Below, one piece after another: positions 44,201-57,489 of a stretch of DNA of 64,000 nt (positions within the stretch are counted from its first letter, which is position 1; the number at the start of each line of letters is the position of its first letter). This DNA is from Macrostomum lignano (taxonomy: Eukaryota). The stretch lies in the NCBI GenBank assembly GCA_002269645.1, contig NIVC01000661.1:425118-489117 (forward strand), written 5' to 3'. The position numbers and the translations under genes are program-made. The notes under the pieces were generated by a model, which was not told the origin of the DNA, ran no database searches, and saw only the letters and a list, made by a program, of their open reading frames with translations.

Positions 44201-46285
44201 GGAGGGAATGAGATAGGATGGAAAGGGAATGAGATAGGATGGAAAAGGAATGAGATAGGATGGAAAAGGAATGAGATAGGATAGGGAGGGAAGGAGAGAG
44301 GATAGGGAGGGAATGAGATAGGATGGGGAGGGAATGAGATAGGATGGAAAGGGAATGAGATAAAATGGGAAGGGAATGAGATAGGTTGCGGAGGGAATGA
44401 TAGGATAGGGAGGGAATGAGATAGGATGGGGAGGGAATGAGATAGGATGGGGAGGGAATGAGATAGGATGGGGAGGGAATGAGATAGGATGGGGAGGGAA
44501 TGAGATAGGATGGGGAGGGAATGAGATAGGATGGGGAGGGAATGAGATAGGATGGGGAGGGAATGAGATAGGATGGGGAGGGAATGAGATAGGATAGGGA
44601 GGGAATGAGATAGGATGGGGAGGGAATGAGATAGGATGGGGAGGGAAGGAGATAAAATGGGAAGGGAATTAGATAGGGTGCGGAGGGAATGATAGGATAG
44701 GGAGGGAATGAGATAGGATGGGGAGGGAATGAGATAGGATGGGGAGGGAAGGAGATAAAATGAAAAGGGAATGAGATAGGGTGCGAAGGGAATGATAGGA
44801 TAGGGAGGGAATGAGATAGGATGGGGAGGGAAGGAGATAAAATGAAAAGGGAATGAGATAGGGTGCGAAGGGAATGATAGGATAGGGAGGGAATGAGATA
44901 GGATGGGGAGGGAATGAGATAGGATGGGGAGGGAATGAGATAGGATGGGGAGGGAATGAGATAGGATGGGGAGGGAATGAGATAAAATGGGAAGGGAATG
45001 AGATAGGATGGGAAGGGAATGAGATAGGATGGAGAAGGAATGAGATAGGGTGCGGAGGAAATGAGGTGGTGGATAAAGCAACATGGTCAAGTAGACCTCA
45101 GCCGAGCGGCTGCAGCGCCCGCCCCCCAGAAGCAGTAAGCCACTCACCCAGACCGTCAGAGATCAGTCCGCCCAGCACTGACAGGCGAGCCCCGCCAGCT
45201 GCTGGCCGCTGCCCCGCCGACAGCAGCATCCGACTGACCGTGCGCCGCAGCTCCGCCTCCGCTAAGGCCAGCCTCCTCCCGAACTCGTCAGGCGACAGAG
45301 TGGCGTCCACTGCGGACACGGCGGCGGCGCCTTCGTTGGTTGCTTGGCCTCGACGAACGATTCGATGGACCCCGGCGTCGGACAGCAGGCGATCGGCAAC
45401 CTGCGACATGTCGGCCAGCTTGTCGGGTTGCTGAGCAGAATTTCCAGTCTGGGTAGCAGCGAAGGCGGCGAAGCTGTTAGCAGTGACCTCCGTCCAGACG
45501 CAACGGCAACGATGCAGCTGCTGGCCGCCAGGGGTCTGCCCGGTGGCCATCAGAGTCTGCAGGCACCGACACGAGCAAGATGGTCGGTGCTGCTCCTGTG
45601 GCGGCGGCTTCACGGGCATCGGTTGATCCTTCACGGAGCCCAGGTGATTCCTGGCAGCCTCCAGCTCGGACTCTTTCTGGCGAAGCCGTTCAAGACGGAG
45701 AGCTCGAAGGTCGCTGGCGCCGCTGCTGACCTCGGCGACTGATGGGTCCGAGGAGTTCGAAAACGCCAAAGCCGATGATGGCAAAGGCTTGAAGCCCAAG
45801 CCGGATTCTGGGTCCAGGTTCGAACTCGAACCGCCTCGGAAACCTCCTTTGTTGCCGTAACTACCGCCACCGTTTACGTAGCTCCCTCGGCTGCCGCCAT
45901 TTCCGAACCCTCCGCCACCGCCATTTCCGAACCCTCCGCCACCACCATTTCCGAACCCTCCGCCGCCGCCGCCATTTCCGAACCCTCCGCCACCACCATT
46001 TCCGAACCCTCCGCCGCCGCCGCCATTTCTGAACCCTCCGCCGCCGCCGCCATTTCCGAACCCTCCGCCACCACCATTTCCGAACCCTCCGCCGCCGCCG
46101 CCATTTCTGAACCCTCCGCCGCCGCCGCCATTTCCGAACCCTCCGCCGCCATTTCCGAACCCTCCGCCGCCATTTCCGAACCCTCCACCGCCGCCGCCAT
46201 TTCCAAACCCTCCACCGCCGCCGCCATTTCCGAACCCTCCTCGGCCGCCTCTGTTACCACTCGGTCTTGTTGAGTACTGACACCT
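41206..46285 (-). CDS. Uncharacterised ~910-aa protein: (GGGFGNG)14 Gly/Phe-rich N-terminus plus a degenerate SF2/RecQ-like region; exons 45148-46285, 42536-43245, 41206-42092 (one 1-nt frameshift near 41680; no ATG at the 5' end)
   Basis: GC-rich open frames joined by phase-consistent sites: TTTCAG|AGG, G|GTGAGT, TCACAG|CG, TGC|GTAAGA and CCACAG|TCT. The gene structure is well supported; the RecQ resemblance is only by eye. Confidence 0.7.
43540..45060. repeat. 21-bp purine-rich minisatellite (GGGAATGAGATAGGATGGGGA), about 70 copies
   Basis: Fills intron 43246-45147. Confidence 0.97.
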
Positions 46286-47559
46286 CTGAAAAGTTCAATA
46301 TAATTTCTGCTAAAAACTTTGCTTAAAACCGTGCAAAACTAATCATTCAACAGGCTAGAGATGTTCAGTTTCAACATGCTTTAAGTGTCAAGTTAGTACC
46401 CCCAGGGGGGGGGGGGCAAGTGAGCTAGTCTAAATACTAAAATAGAGCAAGGCTCTCTCTCGACTTGCAGAGCGAGCAGAAAAATTTATTGAAGCTAGAG
46501 TATCATCAAGTTATCTATATTGTGAAGTGGCATTTTCAAAGCGCAATATGCCTTGTAAATTGATCATTTGATACCTGCTTGTTTGATAGTTTTAACTTCT
46601 GCTTTTGATAGGAGGCAGCGGACCCAATGTTGATCATTTGATACAACTTGCCTAATTCTTATAGCCTTTACGACTATCAATGGAGCTGTAAGAATAAAAG
46701 CAAGTCATATCAAAATATGAGCATTAGGTTTGCCTCCTATCAAAAGCAATAACAAATTTGATGCTGAAAAATGTAAACAATATTCTCCGCAATTTTTTTC
46801 GTTAAAATCTGCCTAAAAATACCCAAGAAGCGTGTAGTTACCCGTTCTTCTACTTGAGTAGTCCTTATGGTACTTACTCGTACAAGTAATGAGTTACCAA
46901 TCAGTCAATTAAAGTTTTGTAAACTAGCTGTCATGCTATTTAAAGTGCACAATCTGTATAATTAAGCTGGCAAGCAACTTGTAATTTACTCTCCTAAAGT
47001 TTACAGAAGAAATAATTTATTATCTTAACTATTCAAAATCACTAAACGGGTAATTGGAAATGACTTTATTATAGACAGCCCATAACAAGTTAAAAGTAAA
47101 AAGAAAAACGTCAATTTACAAAATATTAACAAAGGCTTTTCCATTTCATTCATATATTTACAATTGGAGAATACAAATCTTTGCTTTGCGATGCATTTTA
47201 TTAAAATTTATTTAATGTTAACACAGATAACGCACTTTCATGTCTTTGCCGTCCAAACGCATAAGTTAAAATATCTAGGATGTTGTGTAGAATGAGCAGA
47301 GAAATCGAGAACAGTGATGAAGAAAAAATTATGCGCCACTTTCAAATCACAGCTGCGGAGAAGTTAAAACAAAAATACTGCGTGATAAGTAAGATATGAC
47401 GCGATGATTACATGCTAAGTAAATTATGTTCAAACAATTTTGATATCTGACTCTTAAAAGTAGATAATATGAAATAGATAATATGATTATAATGATGTGG
47501 GTAGTCAGCTCATTAGAGCAGACAAACGTTTCACAACCGGAAATGTCGGACAAACATCT

Positions 47560-47950
47560 TAACTGACAACTCAAACATCTGACAAACCTAGTCTGACAAC
47601 CCTAACATCCTGACAAACCTAGTCTGACAACTCAAACATCTGACAAACCTATTGTCTGAAAACTCAAACATCTGACAAACCTATTGTCTGACAACTCAAA
47701 CATCTGACAAACCTATTGTCTGACAACTCAAACAACTGACAAACCTATTGTCTGACAACTCAAACATCTGACAAACCTATTGTCTGACAACTCAAACATC
47801 TGACAAACCTATTGTCTGACAACTCAAACATCTGACAAACCTATTGTCTGACAACTCAAACATGACAAACCTATTGTCTGACAACTCAAACATCTGACAA
47901 ACCTATTGTCTGACAACTCAAACATCTGACAAACCTATTGTCTGACAATA
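47560..47950. repeat. 32-bp minisatellite (ACATCTGACAAACCTATTGTCTGACAACTCAA)
   Basis: Visible tandem units downstream of the KLHL8 stop. Confidence 0.93.
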
Positions 47951-48104
47951 ACTCGAATATATAGTAAGCCTACCGAGGTTTGACAACCTAAATACTGACA
48001 ATACTACTCCATGACAACCTAAACATAGCTGACAAACCAATCGGAATTTCTACCTAACGACAAACAACCCAAACATCCGACTGAAGAACCTCCTGAAAAC
48101 AAAA

Positions 48105-48991
48105 TCACCTCGGCAAGAAAGTCGCACCAGCAGAAGCAGTCGCAGCTGAGGCAACAACGCTGTTAGGCGATTTCAACAATCGCATCGGGATGTCGGCAAA
48201 GCACACGCCGGCTCCGGCCCGCTTCAAATTGATACCGGGCACCGGTTCCCACCGGTTGGCCACCGGGTCGAAGCATTCAACAGTGTCCAGGTAGGCCTCG
48301 CCGTCGTGCCCGCCAATTGCGTAGATCTTGCCCCACAGGGCTGCAACGCCAACGCCGCCACGGCAGGTGGTCATGGGCTGCATCCGGGTCCATTTGTCCG
48401 CCCGCGGGTCGTAGCGCTCAACCGAGTCAAGCGGCGCGTTGTCATCAAAGCCGCCAAGCACGTAGATAAAGGAGTCCAGAGCCACCGCTCCGGCGCCCGC
48501 TCGCTTGAACTCCATCGGCGCGGCCGGCTGCCACATGTTCTTCACCGGGTCGTAGCGCTCGCAGGTGGCGATGGAAGTCAGCGAGTCGTTGCCGCCGAAC
48601 ACGTAGATTTTGTCTTGGAATGCGGTGCCGCCGAGGCCGCCGCGAGGGCTGCCCATTGAGGCAACGTTGGCCCAGCTGTCGGTGACGGGGTTGTACCGCT
48701 CCACTGTGTAGAAGCAGGCGATGTCGTCAAGGCCACCCAGGCAGAACAGGCAGTCGCTGAGGGTGGCCACAGCCAGGCCGCGCCGCCTGGTTGCCATGCT
48801 GGCGATGCGGCTCCAGCGGTTGGCCAGCGGATCGAACATCTCGCCCGAGGACAGGTGCTCGTGACCGTCGTGACCGCCCACGGCGTAAACGAGGCCTGAG
48901 GTTATAAATATGATATAATATAGAATAACCCATAGACAGACAGACAGACAGACAGACACAGAAAGACAGAGAGACAGACAGACAGACAGAA

Positions 48992-49026
<35 letters not shown>

Positions 49027-50354
49027 TACTAAGACATCAAGACACTAAGACACTAAGACAGACACTAAGACAGACACTAAGACAGACACTAAGACACTAA
49101 GACAGACACTAAGACAGACAGACAGACACTCAAACAGACGGACAGAAAGACAGATAGACAGAAAGACAGACAGACAAACAGACAGACACCAAGACACTAA
49201 GACACTAAGACAGACACTAAGACAGACACTAAGACAGACACTAAGACACTAAGACAGACAGACAGACACTCAAACAGACGGACAGAAAGACAGATAGACA
49301 GAAAGACAGACAGACAAACAGACAGACACCAAGACACTAAGACACTAAGACAGACACTAAGACAGACACTAAGACAGACACTAAGACACTAAGACAGACA
49401 GACAGACACTCAAACAGACGGACAGAAAGACAGATAGACAGAAAGACAGACAGACAAACAGACAGACACCAAGACACTAAGACACTAAGACAGACACTAA
49501 GACAGACACTAAGACACTAAGACAGACAGACAGACACTCAAACAGACGGACAGAAAGACAGATAGACAGAAAGACAGACAGACAAACAGACAGACACCAA
49601 GACACTAAGAAAGACAGACAGACACTAAGACATCAAGAAAGACAGACAGACAGACACTAAGAAATGGGTGTTATATGGGTGTAATAAATAACACAAAGAC
49701 ACTAAGACAGACAGAAACTCAACACTAAGAAAGACACTAGGACAGGCATAAAGACACATGCAGACAAACGGAATATATTGGATATAACAGACTGAATGTA
49801 GAGACATAAGCGCAGACACTGGCTACCTAAGCCGATATGTATCGAAAACAGCAAAAATAAGCTTACCATTGGCCGATACGAGTCCGACGTGTCGCCGTTT
49901 AGTGTGCATCGGCTCTACGGTAATCCAGCGCTCCTCCAGCAGGTCGTACACCTCGGCATTGCGGTACGGATCGCTCAGGGTGCCCCGGCCGCCAACGCAG
50001 AAGATGCTGCCAGCGTAGGTCTTCCTCGGCCGGTAGTGCGGCAGGGCAGAAACCCGCTGCGCCACCGGCCGGTGCTTGGCCCGGTTCAGCTGGAATGCGC
50101 AGGCGTCCAGCACCAGGTCTTTGCAGGCCTGCTGGCTGTGCACCAGCGGGTCCGAGTTCACCGAGTCCATCAGGTAGTCCGATGGCAGCTGGGCTAGGCG
50201 GACGCAATGAAGCAGGCTGCGAATGATGAGGAATGCATAGGGCTGATTATCATTAACAGTCTCATCATCAGCTGGCATTCCGTTCGGGCACAGGACTGAC
50301 TGTCTGACTGACTGACTGATTGTCTGACTGACTGACTGACTAACTAACTAACTG

Positions 50355-50396
<42 letters not shown>

Positions 50397-50406
50397 AAAC
50401 TGACTC

Positions 50407-50449
<43 letters not shown>

Positions 50450-50482
50450 GACTGACTAACTAACTAACTAACAAACTGACTC

Positions 50483-50521
<39 letters not shown>

Positions 50522-50545
50522 GACTAACTAACTAACTAACTAATC

Positions 50546-50581
<36 letters not shown>

Positions 50582-52074
50582 GACTGACTCACTAACTAAC
50601 TAACTAACTAACTAACTAAGTAACTGACTCACTAACTAACTAACTAACTAATTAACTAACTGAATCACTAACTAACTGACTCACTAACTAACTAATCAAC
50701 TAACTAACTAACTAACTAACTAACTGACTAACTAACCAACCGACATTCAACCAAACTTCATAAGGTGCAACTCACTTGCTGACCAGGGCTCTCCTAACCG
50801 GCAGGTCGGCATGCACCCATTTCACAACGCTGTCAAAGACGCGCACTTCGTCGGGCACATTCAACGAATCCGACTTCAAAATGGACTGCAGCATCTCGAA
50901 TGACAGCGAGTGGAACACCTCGCTATTGACCAGCTGCTGGTAGTTCTGGCACAGGAACCTGTCAATCTCGGCAATCAGGCCAGTTCGGTTGTGCTGCTGG
51001 GCGAACATTCGAGCCTCAATGGCGTTGGAGACGTCCAGCTTGTGAGCGATGAAGCGCTCGCAGCAGTGCACCACCTCCTCTAGCTGAAGCAGGCAGGCCG
51101 TGTGCATGAGGCACTGGACATTGCCCGGCGTCACAGACAGCTGGCCAGTGTAGAAGAAATCTATCACCTTGGCAACCATCTCCTGGTCCAGGTCGTGCAG
51201 GGTCACCGACTCCATTTTCGACTCCTAATGAGGGATAGAGTGGCTGTATTGTACAATATTGACCCACTAGTTCAGATTCTGACCTTACTAGTTCTGATCC
51301 TGACCTACTAGTTCTGATTCTGACCTACTAGTTCTGATCCTGACCTACTAGTTCTGATTCTGACCTACTAGTTCTGATCCTGACCTACTAGTTCTGATCC
51401 TGACCCACTAGTTCTGATCCTGACATACTAGTTCTGATCCTGATCTACTAGTTCTGATCCTGACCTACTAGTTCTGATCCTGACCTACTAGTTCTGATCC
51501 TGGCCTACTAGTTCTGATTCTGACCTACTAGTTCTGATCCTGACCCACCAGTATTGATCCTGACCTACTAGTTCTGATACTGACCTACTAGTTCTGATCC
51601 TGACCTACTAGTTCTGATCCTGACCTACTAGTTCTGATTCTGACCTACTAGTTCTGATCCCGAACCACCTGTTCTGATTCTAACCCACCAGTTCTGATCC
51701 TGACCTACCAGTTATGATCCTGACCCACCAATTCTAGCACAAGTAAATGAATTATATTAATCTAACCTAGCTTAGAATTTCTAGTCTAAAATCAAACAGT
51801 TAACATGTGTCACCTGCATAGGCGTGGAGAACATGGCACAGAAGTAGGGACTCCAGCAGGCCAGCACAAGCCGGTGACAGGCAATCTCCTTCTGCCCAAT
51901 CTTCAGTTTCACATCGCACAAAGTCTTGGCTCTGTAGAATTCGTGCAGACACTTGAATCCATTCTCGCCGTGACTAGTAAAAGTACAAGCAGCTTCTGAG
52001 GAGTCTGCATCGTACTTGATGGTGAGATCTGGCCTAGCAGAAGCCAGCTGATCTGTTCGGGACAGGTTTGCCAT
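48105..52074 (-). CDS. KLHL8: Kelch-like protein 8 (BTB-BACK-6 kelch), 4 exons (51814-52074, 50776-51224, 49867-50216, 48105-48895), 616 aa
   Basis: BTB LCDVKLKIG..IACHRLVLA..SPYFCAMF; BACK domain; PRKTYAGSIFCVGGRG, KRRHVG, GGHDGHEHL, GGLDD..CF, GGND, GGFDDNAPL and GGHDGEAYLDTVE follow the KLHL8 pattern. Phases sum to 1851 nt. Confidence 0.92.
48933..49660. repeat. Compound (GACA)n/GACACTAA microsatellite with a higher-order ~140-bp period
   Basis: Visible in KLHL8 intron 3. Confidence 0.95.
50300..50740. repeat. (CTAA)n/(CTGA)n microsatellite
   Basis: Visible in KLHL8 intron 2. Confidence 0.97.
51270..51725. repeat. 20-bp minisatellite (TGACCTACTAGTTCTGATCC)
   Basis: Visible in KLHL8 intron 1. 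Confidence 0.95.
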
Positions 52075-52614
52075 CCAGTTAATACCACTGAATCAGTTTA
52101 GATCTGAAGTTTTATGCGATTCTGTACAAGATGGACAAATTGAATTTAGTTTTTTTTGTACCAAAAGGCATATCATGGTAAATCCAAATTTGATTGGACT
52201 TCCTCAATTTGGGCCCTGGATGCCAAATCAATACTCAGCAAAAACAGTAATATTTTGATAATTTTTTTTAACAAATGAGCTGCAATATTACTACAGGAGT
52301 CTATATTTGATGCTTTTCAAAAATTACATTGCTAATTTTGTAGGTTTCTCAGCAAATAATTGATTGCTTTTGCTCTGTCAACCCAATTAAGCTAAAACTT
52401 TAGCACTGAACTCATTAGATATAAGCTCAGGTTTGTGTAAATTTTTATAAAAATCAATTGAATTGATGCAGAGATAGTAGGGGTGTCTAAGAACTTTTTG
52501 GATGCACTAAGGTAATATAAATTAAAATTGAAATTGTAATTATCATTATACAAAATATACACATAACACATGCGCAACCTAGGGATTCACTTATCTATTT
52601 CTTAGGCAACATAC

Positions 52615-53162
52615 TAGGGATTGCAATCCTGGGATCCCGAGATCCCAAAATCCTGAGATTGGGCACAAATCCCAGGATATCCAGTCCTGGGATTTAAGGT
52701 CCTGAATCCCAGTACTAATTTTGTCAATATTCTTATATTTAGAAATATTATTATATGAACATAATTGGGCCCACAACAAGTTTATTCTATTGCGCTAATT
52801 TTTATTAATTGCCTCACATTGCATGGCACCTTTTTAAACCCTGCATCACAGATTCAAATGTGAAAATTATTCCAATTTAAATTTTGATATATGATTTGCT
52901 TCTTTATTACTAATTAGTACTTTTATACTACTTACTTCAATACGTCACAAGATAATGTGCTTTTCATCTCCAAATAAATCATTGTCTCTATAACAACCAA
53001 AAACAGAAGCAAAAATGTGTTTAGTGCATATTTTGCCTTAGAATTTCAACCTAGAAGCCTAAAAATCTATATTTTCTGATCCTAGGATTGGCCAAATTCT
53101 GGGATTAAATCCTGGAATCTTGGGATTGCAAAAAACTGGGATTTTGCAATCTCTAGGGCCTA
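52615..53162. mobile_element. Probable hAT-like MITE with GGGAT/ATCCC-rich subterminal repeats
   Basis: TAGGGATTGCAA at the left and TTGCAATCTCTA near the right; 8-bp direct repeat CAACATAC at 52607-52614 and 53163-53170. The right TIR is offset by 7 nt from that repeat. Confidence 0.6.
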
Positions 53163-56121
53163 CAACATACACATGTAAGTTACTATATTATTCTATCCAA
53201 TAGCAACTTATGTGTTTGTTACCAATAGAAATAGCTAGGTAAATACCCTTCCTAGGTTGCATCCAAGCATATTGATTATTGCATATATATACATAATGTC
53301 AATAAAATTTATAAGCATATAAGAGCCTAAAAATTATCAAAGACTGGCTAGGCCTAAACTTAATTTTAAAATAAAATTATGGGAAGGAAGCTAGGGCCTA
53401 TAGAAATCTTTTGTTGGCAAAAACAAAAATTGTCAAAATATTAGTAGTAGCATATTATTTACTAATATCTAATTTGATATTATTTTTATAAGACTAAAAA
53501 AATTGATTTTGGAATTGTTTTTATAGACCTATTAAAGGCCTAACTTTTAATGGTCTACTTTAGATGTAGAATATACCTATTCAATTATATATATAATAGC
53601 TATTAATCTAATACCATTAAAGTTTAACTAAGATAGTATTATTTCTAAGTATTGGTATCTTATCTTACTAGGCCTATCCATAGAGTAACCAACATCTAAA
53701 GACTAAATCATGCTAGCTAGAAATATACCTAGATTGCGCTTATAAAGTTATATTAGGCCCTACTAGGCCTAAGGAAGAGCCAATCTATATTTGACAGACA
53801 ATGTCTATAATAATACTAATAGCCATTTGTTGCAATAGGGCTTGCTATAAACTTCTTTCTATCCCTCCTGTTCTACTTTAGTAAAAATGAGTCATCATAT
53901 TCCTATTATTAAAAAATCTAAGCCTGGCTTGTGGCAAAGCCTAATTTGGCCCAAAAGTTAAAGTTTTTACCAAAGCCAATTTTTTTATTGTCTTGACTAG
54001 GGCCTATAGGCAGTCTATGGCATGGCACTAGGCCTATACTAGGCCTATAATGCACTAGGCCTAAACGAAATTCACATTTACATCACACGTAATGTATCTA
54101 AATTGGTACTATACTAAGTTTTAGTCTGGCTTGCATTTGCAAACCAAAGTGCTACATTATCGTTGTACAACTGTACAACATATATTGTAGTAATAGGCCT
54201 CTCTGCCCACCCCATTTGAAAAATGGTTCAACTTCAAACCCAGATAATGGTGCCCATTCAAGTTCAATCCATCGAATGATCGAATCTTCGGAATTAATAC
54301 TTTTAGTAGTTAGTAGAATTGAGTCAGGCAAATGAAATAGCCAGTTTGGCTGGTAAGTCTGTTTATTAGCGTCATTCGATAGTTTAGTGTACCGTAAATG
54401 AAAATGGTATGGTAAGCATAGGTCCATTAGTAATCTCTATCTATAAAAATGAAAACTGATATTATATAACAGATCTCCCACGAGTCCCAGACTTATTCAC
54501 CTGCATCATAGAGTAGAGGCTCATTTGTACAGCTGAAGTAGAGCAGACAATTTGACTTGGCGGCAACCGTAATCTAAGAAAAACATTCATAAAAACAAAT
54601 GCGCCATCCCTTTACGCCAATTACTTAATAGAGACTTACTCTGACCCGATTGGTTTTACAGTCTGTGAATCAAATAACTTTTCGCACTATGTGAGACTGC
54701 ATGTGCGATCGTGCATATCAAAGACTACTCGAGTAGACTACTTTTGAGTAGCCTTTACGCACAAATCATAGCGAGTTATTTGCGGAAAAGCTTTTTAGAC
54801 AGTACATGTACGTTGCGCTGCATCCTGAAGCATCAAAATCACATAGGTAAAAACCAATGAGTAATGTAAGTAAAATTGCAGTATTTTAATTTACTAAAGC
54901 AAAAAGCCCAGCTGTCGAAAGGAAAGTTAACAATGCGAGTGTCATGGCGCGTGCCCACAAGGCCCAGGCAAAGCTGGAGCATACAATATACGCGAAGAAT
55001 CCAGCGGGTTACCGCCTCCGCAGTCGACGACAAACGACAGACGATGACGAGAAATGGAGCCTGAAATACATGTACGACCAGCGGTGTGGATGAAAGGCTG
55101 CCAACGGCGCTTAGACTAAACCAAGCGCTGCAATAAATGGAGGACTGCAAATAGTGACTATCTGATCGCCTTACAATCTTGAAGGCGGCTATTGCAGTAG
55201 ATCAGGTGCTTGATTAACGCACGTTCCAGCTCGTTATGTTCGTACATGTATAGTACGTTCTTCCAATTGACTTTGGAAGAACGTACGAAAGACATTGTAT
55301 GATAGCCTCCACCCCCCCCCCCAGTTCTGCTGCGGCGACGCTGCAAATTTTCGCAGACATCATGCAGTAACCTCCGCAGATGCTATAATAAGGTCAAGAA
55401 GAGCTTGCGAACAGTACATGTACGCTGTAATCCGGGCACACAGACCTGCTGCCGCTTAAACTAAAACAAAAACTTAAAGTTTGGTTTGGTGCAAAAACCT
55501 ACACTAATTCTTCTTGGGCTTGAACTCGTCGGAAGTCAGTCACCGTGCGCTCTCAAGATTACCTACTCAAGGACCACTGAAGTCACTTCTTAGTTGTCCT
55601 TGTGCCTACTACATCGTACCTTGCATAGCAGAGTGTATGTTTTTAAAAGTCAAATTAAGCCACCCTAGAGGACATGTCAGTTTCTCAAACTTAGCAGATC
55701 TTTGTCTCTGTGCCATTCTTAGCAGATCTTCTCAATCTGCTCGGTTCTTGCAGGATCTTTATTTTATGGCAAAATGAAGCGATAAATTTGATAAAATATG
55801 CGATTCGAAGCTATAAAAAGATTTCAAAGTACGTTCATGCTATAGTACTTGCGCAGCAACCCAAGAAGAAGATGATCTTCTAGGGCATGCACGAATTATA
55901 ATAGAAAAAAATGAAGACGAATTAGTAAAACAATCGTACGGATATTGTTCAACATTCGAACTTATAACTGATTTTAAACTACATATGTACTGCACGTATT
56001 AGATTTTCAAATTCAGTTTGCTATCAAAAATACTATAGTATAAGCTGTATACGCTCCAGCAACCACAGAATATACAGAATATAATGTATATTCTGTGCCA
56101 GCAACTCCTAATAAGTTTATT

Positions 56122-56406
56122 CTAGAATTTTTCGGACGCTCTATACGACATCCGCGTCGTTAGCTGAGAAGGCCGCGTAGCTGGATGTGCAACTTCTTCG
56201 GTTCGATCAGCCACGTGTGTTTCTTCGTAGCTTCTGCTGCAGCACATGACAACGCAAGCAAAAATGGAGATTACAGTTATTACCAGGATGTAGATCAGGC
56301 CGACCGTGAGCACAGTAATTAGCACCAGTTCGTCATTAACTAGGTTGTAGCTCCGACCAGTAAGCTTTGTTTGGATTAAGCTTTCACTGTTGGCGCTGTG
56401 ACTCAT
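56122..56406 (-). CDS. Possible 94-aa single-pass membrane protein (or a terminal exon of one)
   Basis: ATG-started ORF with hydrophobic stretch LVLITVLTVGLIYILVITVISIFACVVMCC and a polar tail; no homology recognised. Confidence 0.35.
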   Translation of the reverse strand: MSHSANSESLIQTKLTGRSYNLVNDELVLITVLTVGLIYILVITVISIFACVVMCCSRSYEETHVADRTEEVAHPATRPSQLTTRMSYRASEKF

Positions 56407-57489
56407 TTTCAATTGTAGAAATTTTTATAATTTAAATTTACAAGTAATTGGAACTTTCCGGTTAGGTAAAAAGCGAAATACACACTTAGGATTCGTTTTT
56501 AAGCGTCTGTAAAAAATGCCACATCAAGTGACGAGAAATCCTCTCTGATTGATTATGAACGTGTGAGTGTTAGACAGATATTCCTTTCTTTCTACGATTA
56601 TCATGCAGGGATCTCTGCGATATTTTACCATAGATAGTATTGCATTATGAAATATTACGTGATATATTACGCCAATTGCATGAAGGCTTTCAAGAGACCG
56701 CGTTATGCCAATTGCAGTCTAGGTAGAAGCCAAGGATGATACGATAGTAACTCGTACTACCCAGTAGATTGCTGAACTTTTAACCCCGCAAAGCGAACGA
56801 CCTTTGCCCTACTGTTTGCTGCTATCGCAGGATGAAAATTAAACTGAATCTCTTCCCCAAAATAAGCAGCAATTTTGCTTATTGTTCAGCTGAGCTAAAA
56901 CGGTCCAGCCTAGTTACCGGAGTCCAAGCTATAGCATTTGGTTAAACAGAGTCTCTTTCTTAAATCGAAGATGCCGTTTTTGTTTTAATCTTTTTATTGT
57001 ATCTCGTGCTTTTGTCAATCTTGTAGCCTTGTAATAATGAGCACTAAAAACGCCACGAGATGCTCCGCTCTGATGTGGCATACATGTATATCCAAACAAA
57101 GCGACACTGGACCGACCGCCCCACTTTGCGCCGCTGTGACATCCACTATCGCCTCCTCGGCCAGTCTGTTTGTCACCAGAATTCGTCACCGGCACAGGGG
57201 CATCTTAAGGAGGCGGCCAGTACAAAATTCCTGAACAAGTTGTGCTTCTCTTCACTGATCTTGCAGTACAGGCGCACTTAATTGTGGGACCGTCACGTCA
57301 CCTTGACCATATCAGAGCCTCTCGTCGTCGAGGACTATTTCGAAGCTCGCGTTGATTTGCTTCCATGGTTCCAGCTGTCGGTGAAAATTGACTAAAAGCA
57401 GAAGCCTAATATGTTTCATCCAGCTTGGTTTTTCACTGTATAGGAATCGTGACTTCGAGACTTTTAAAATGTAACTGACAAGATAAACA

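Noticed and set aside
43339-45147. 602-aa ORF (LPILSHS)n
   Set aside because: Product of the 21-bp satellite lacking stops; it lies within a phase-consistent intron.
45874-46260. ORF (EGSEMAAA)n as the real product
   Set aside because: Dead-end frame. The Gly-rich frame is the one continuous with downstream coding sequence and in phase with the acceptor.
54950-55346. Possible two-exon minus-strand gene (donor GTAAGG near 55175, acceptor TTTCAG near 55065)
   Set aside because: Short, no recognisable domain and no supporting coding bias; cannot be supported from sequence alone.
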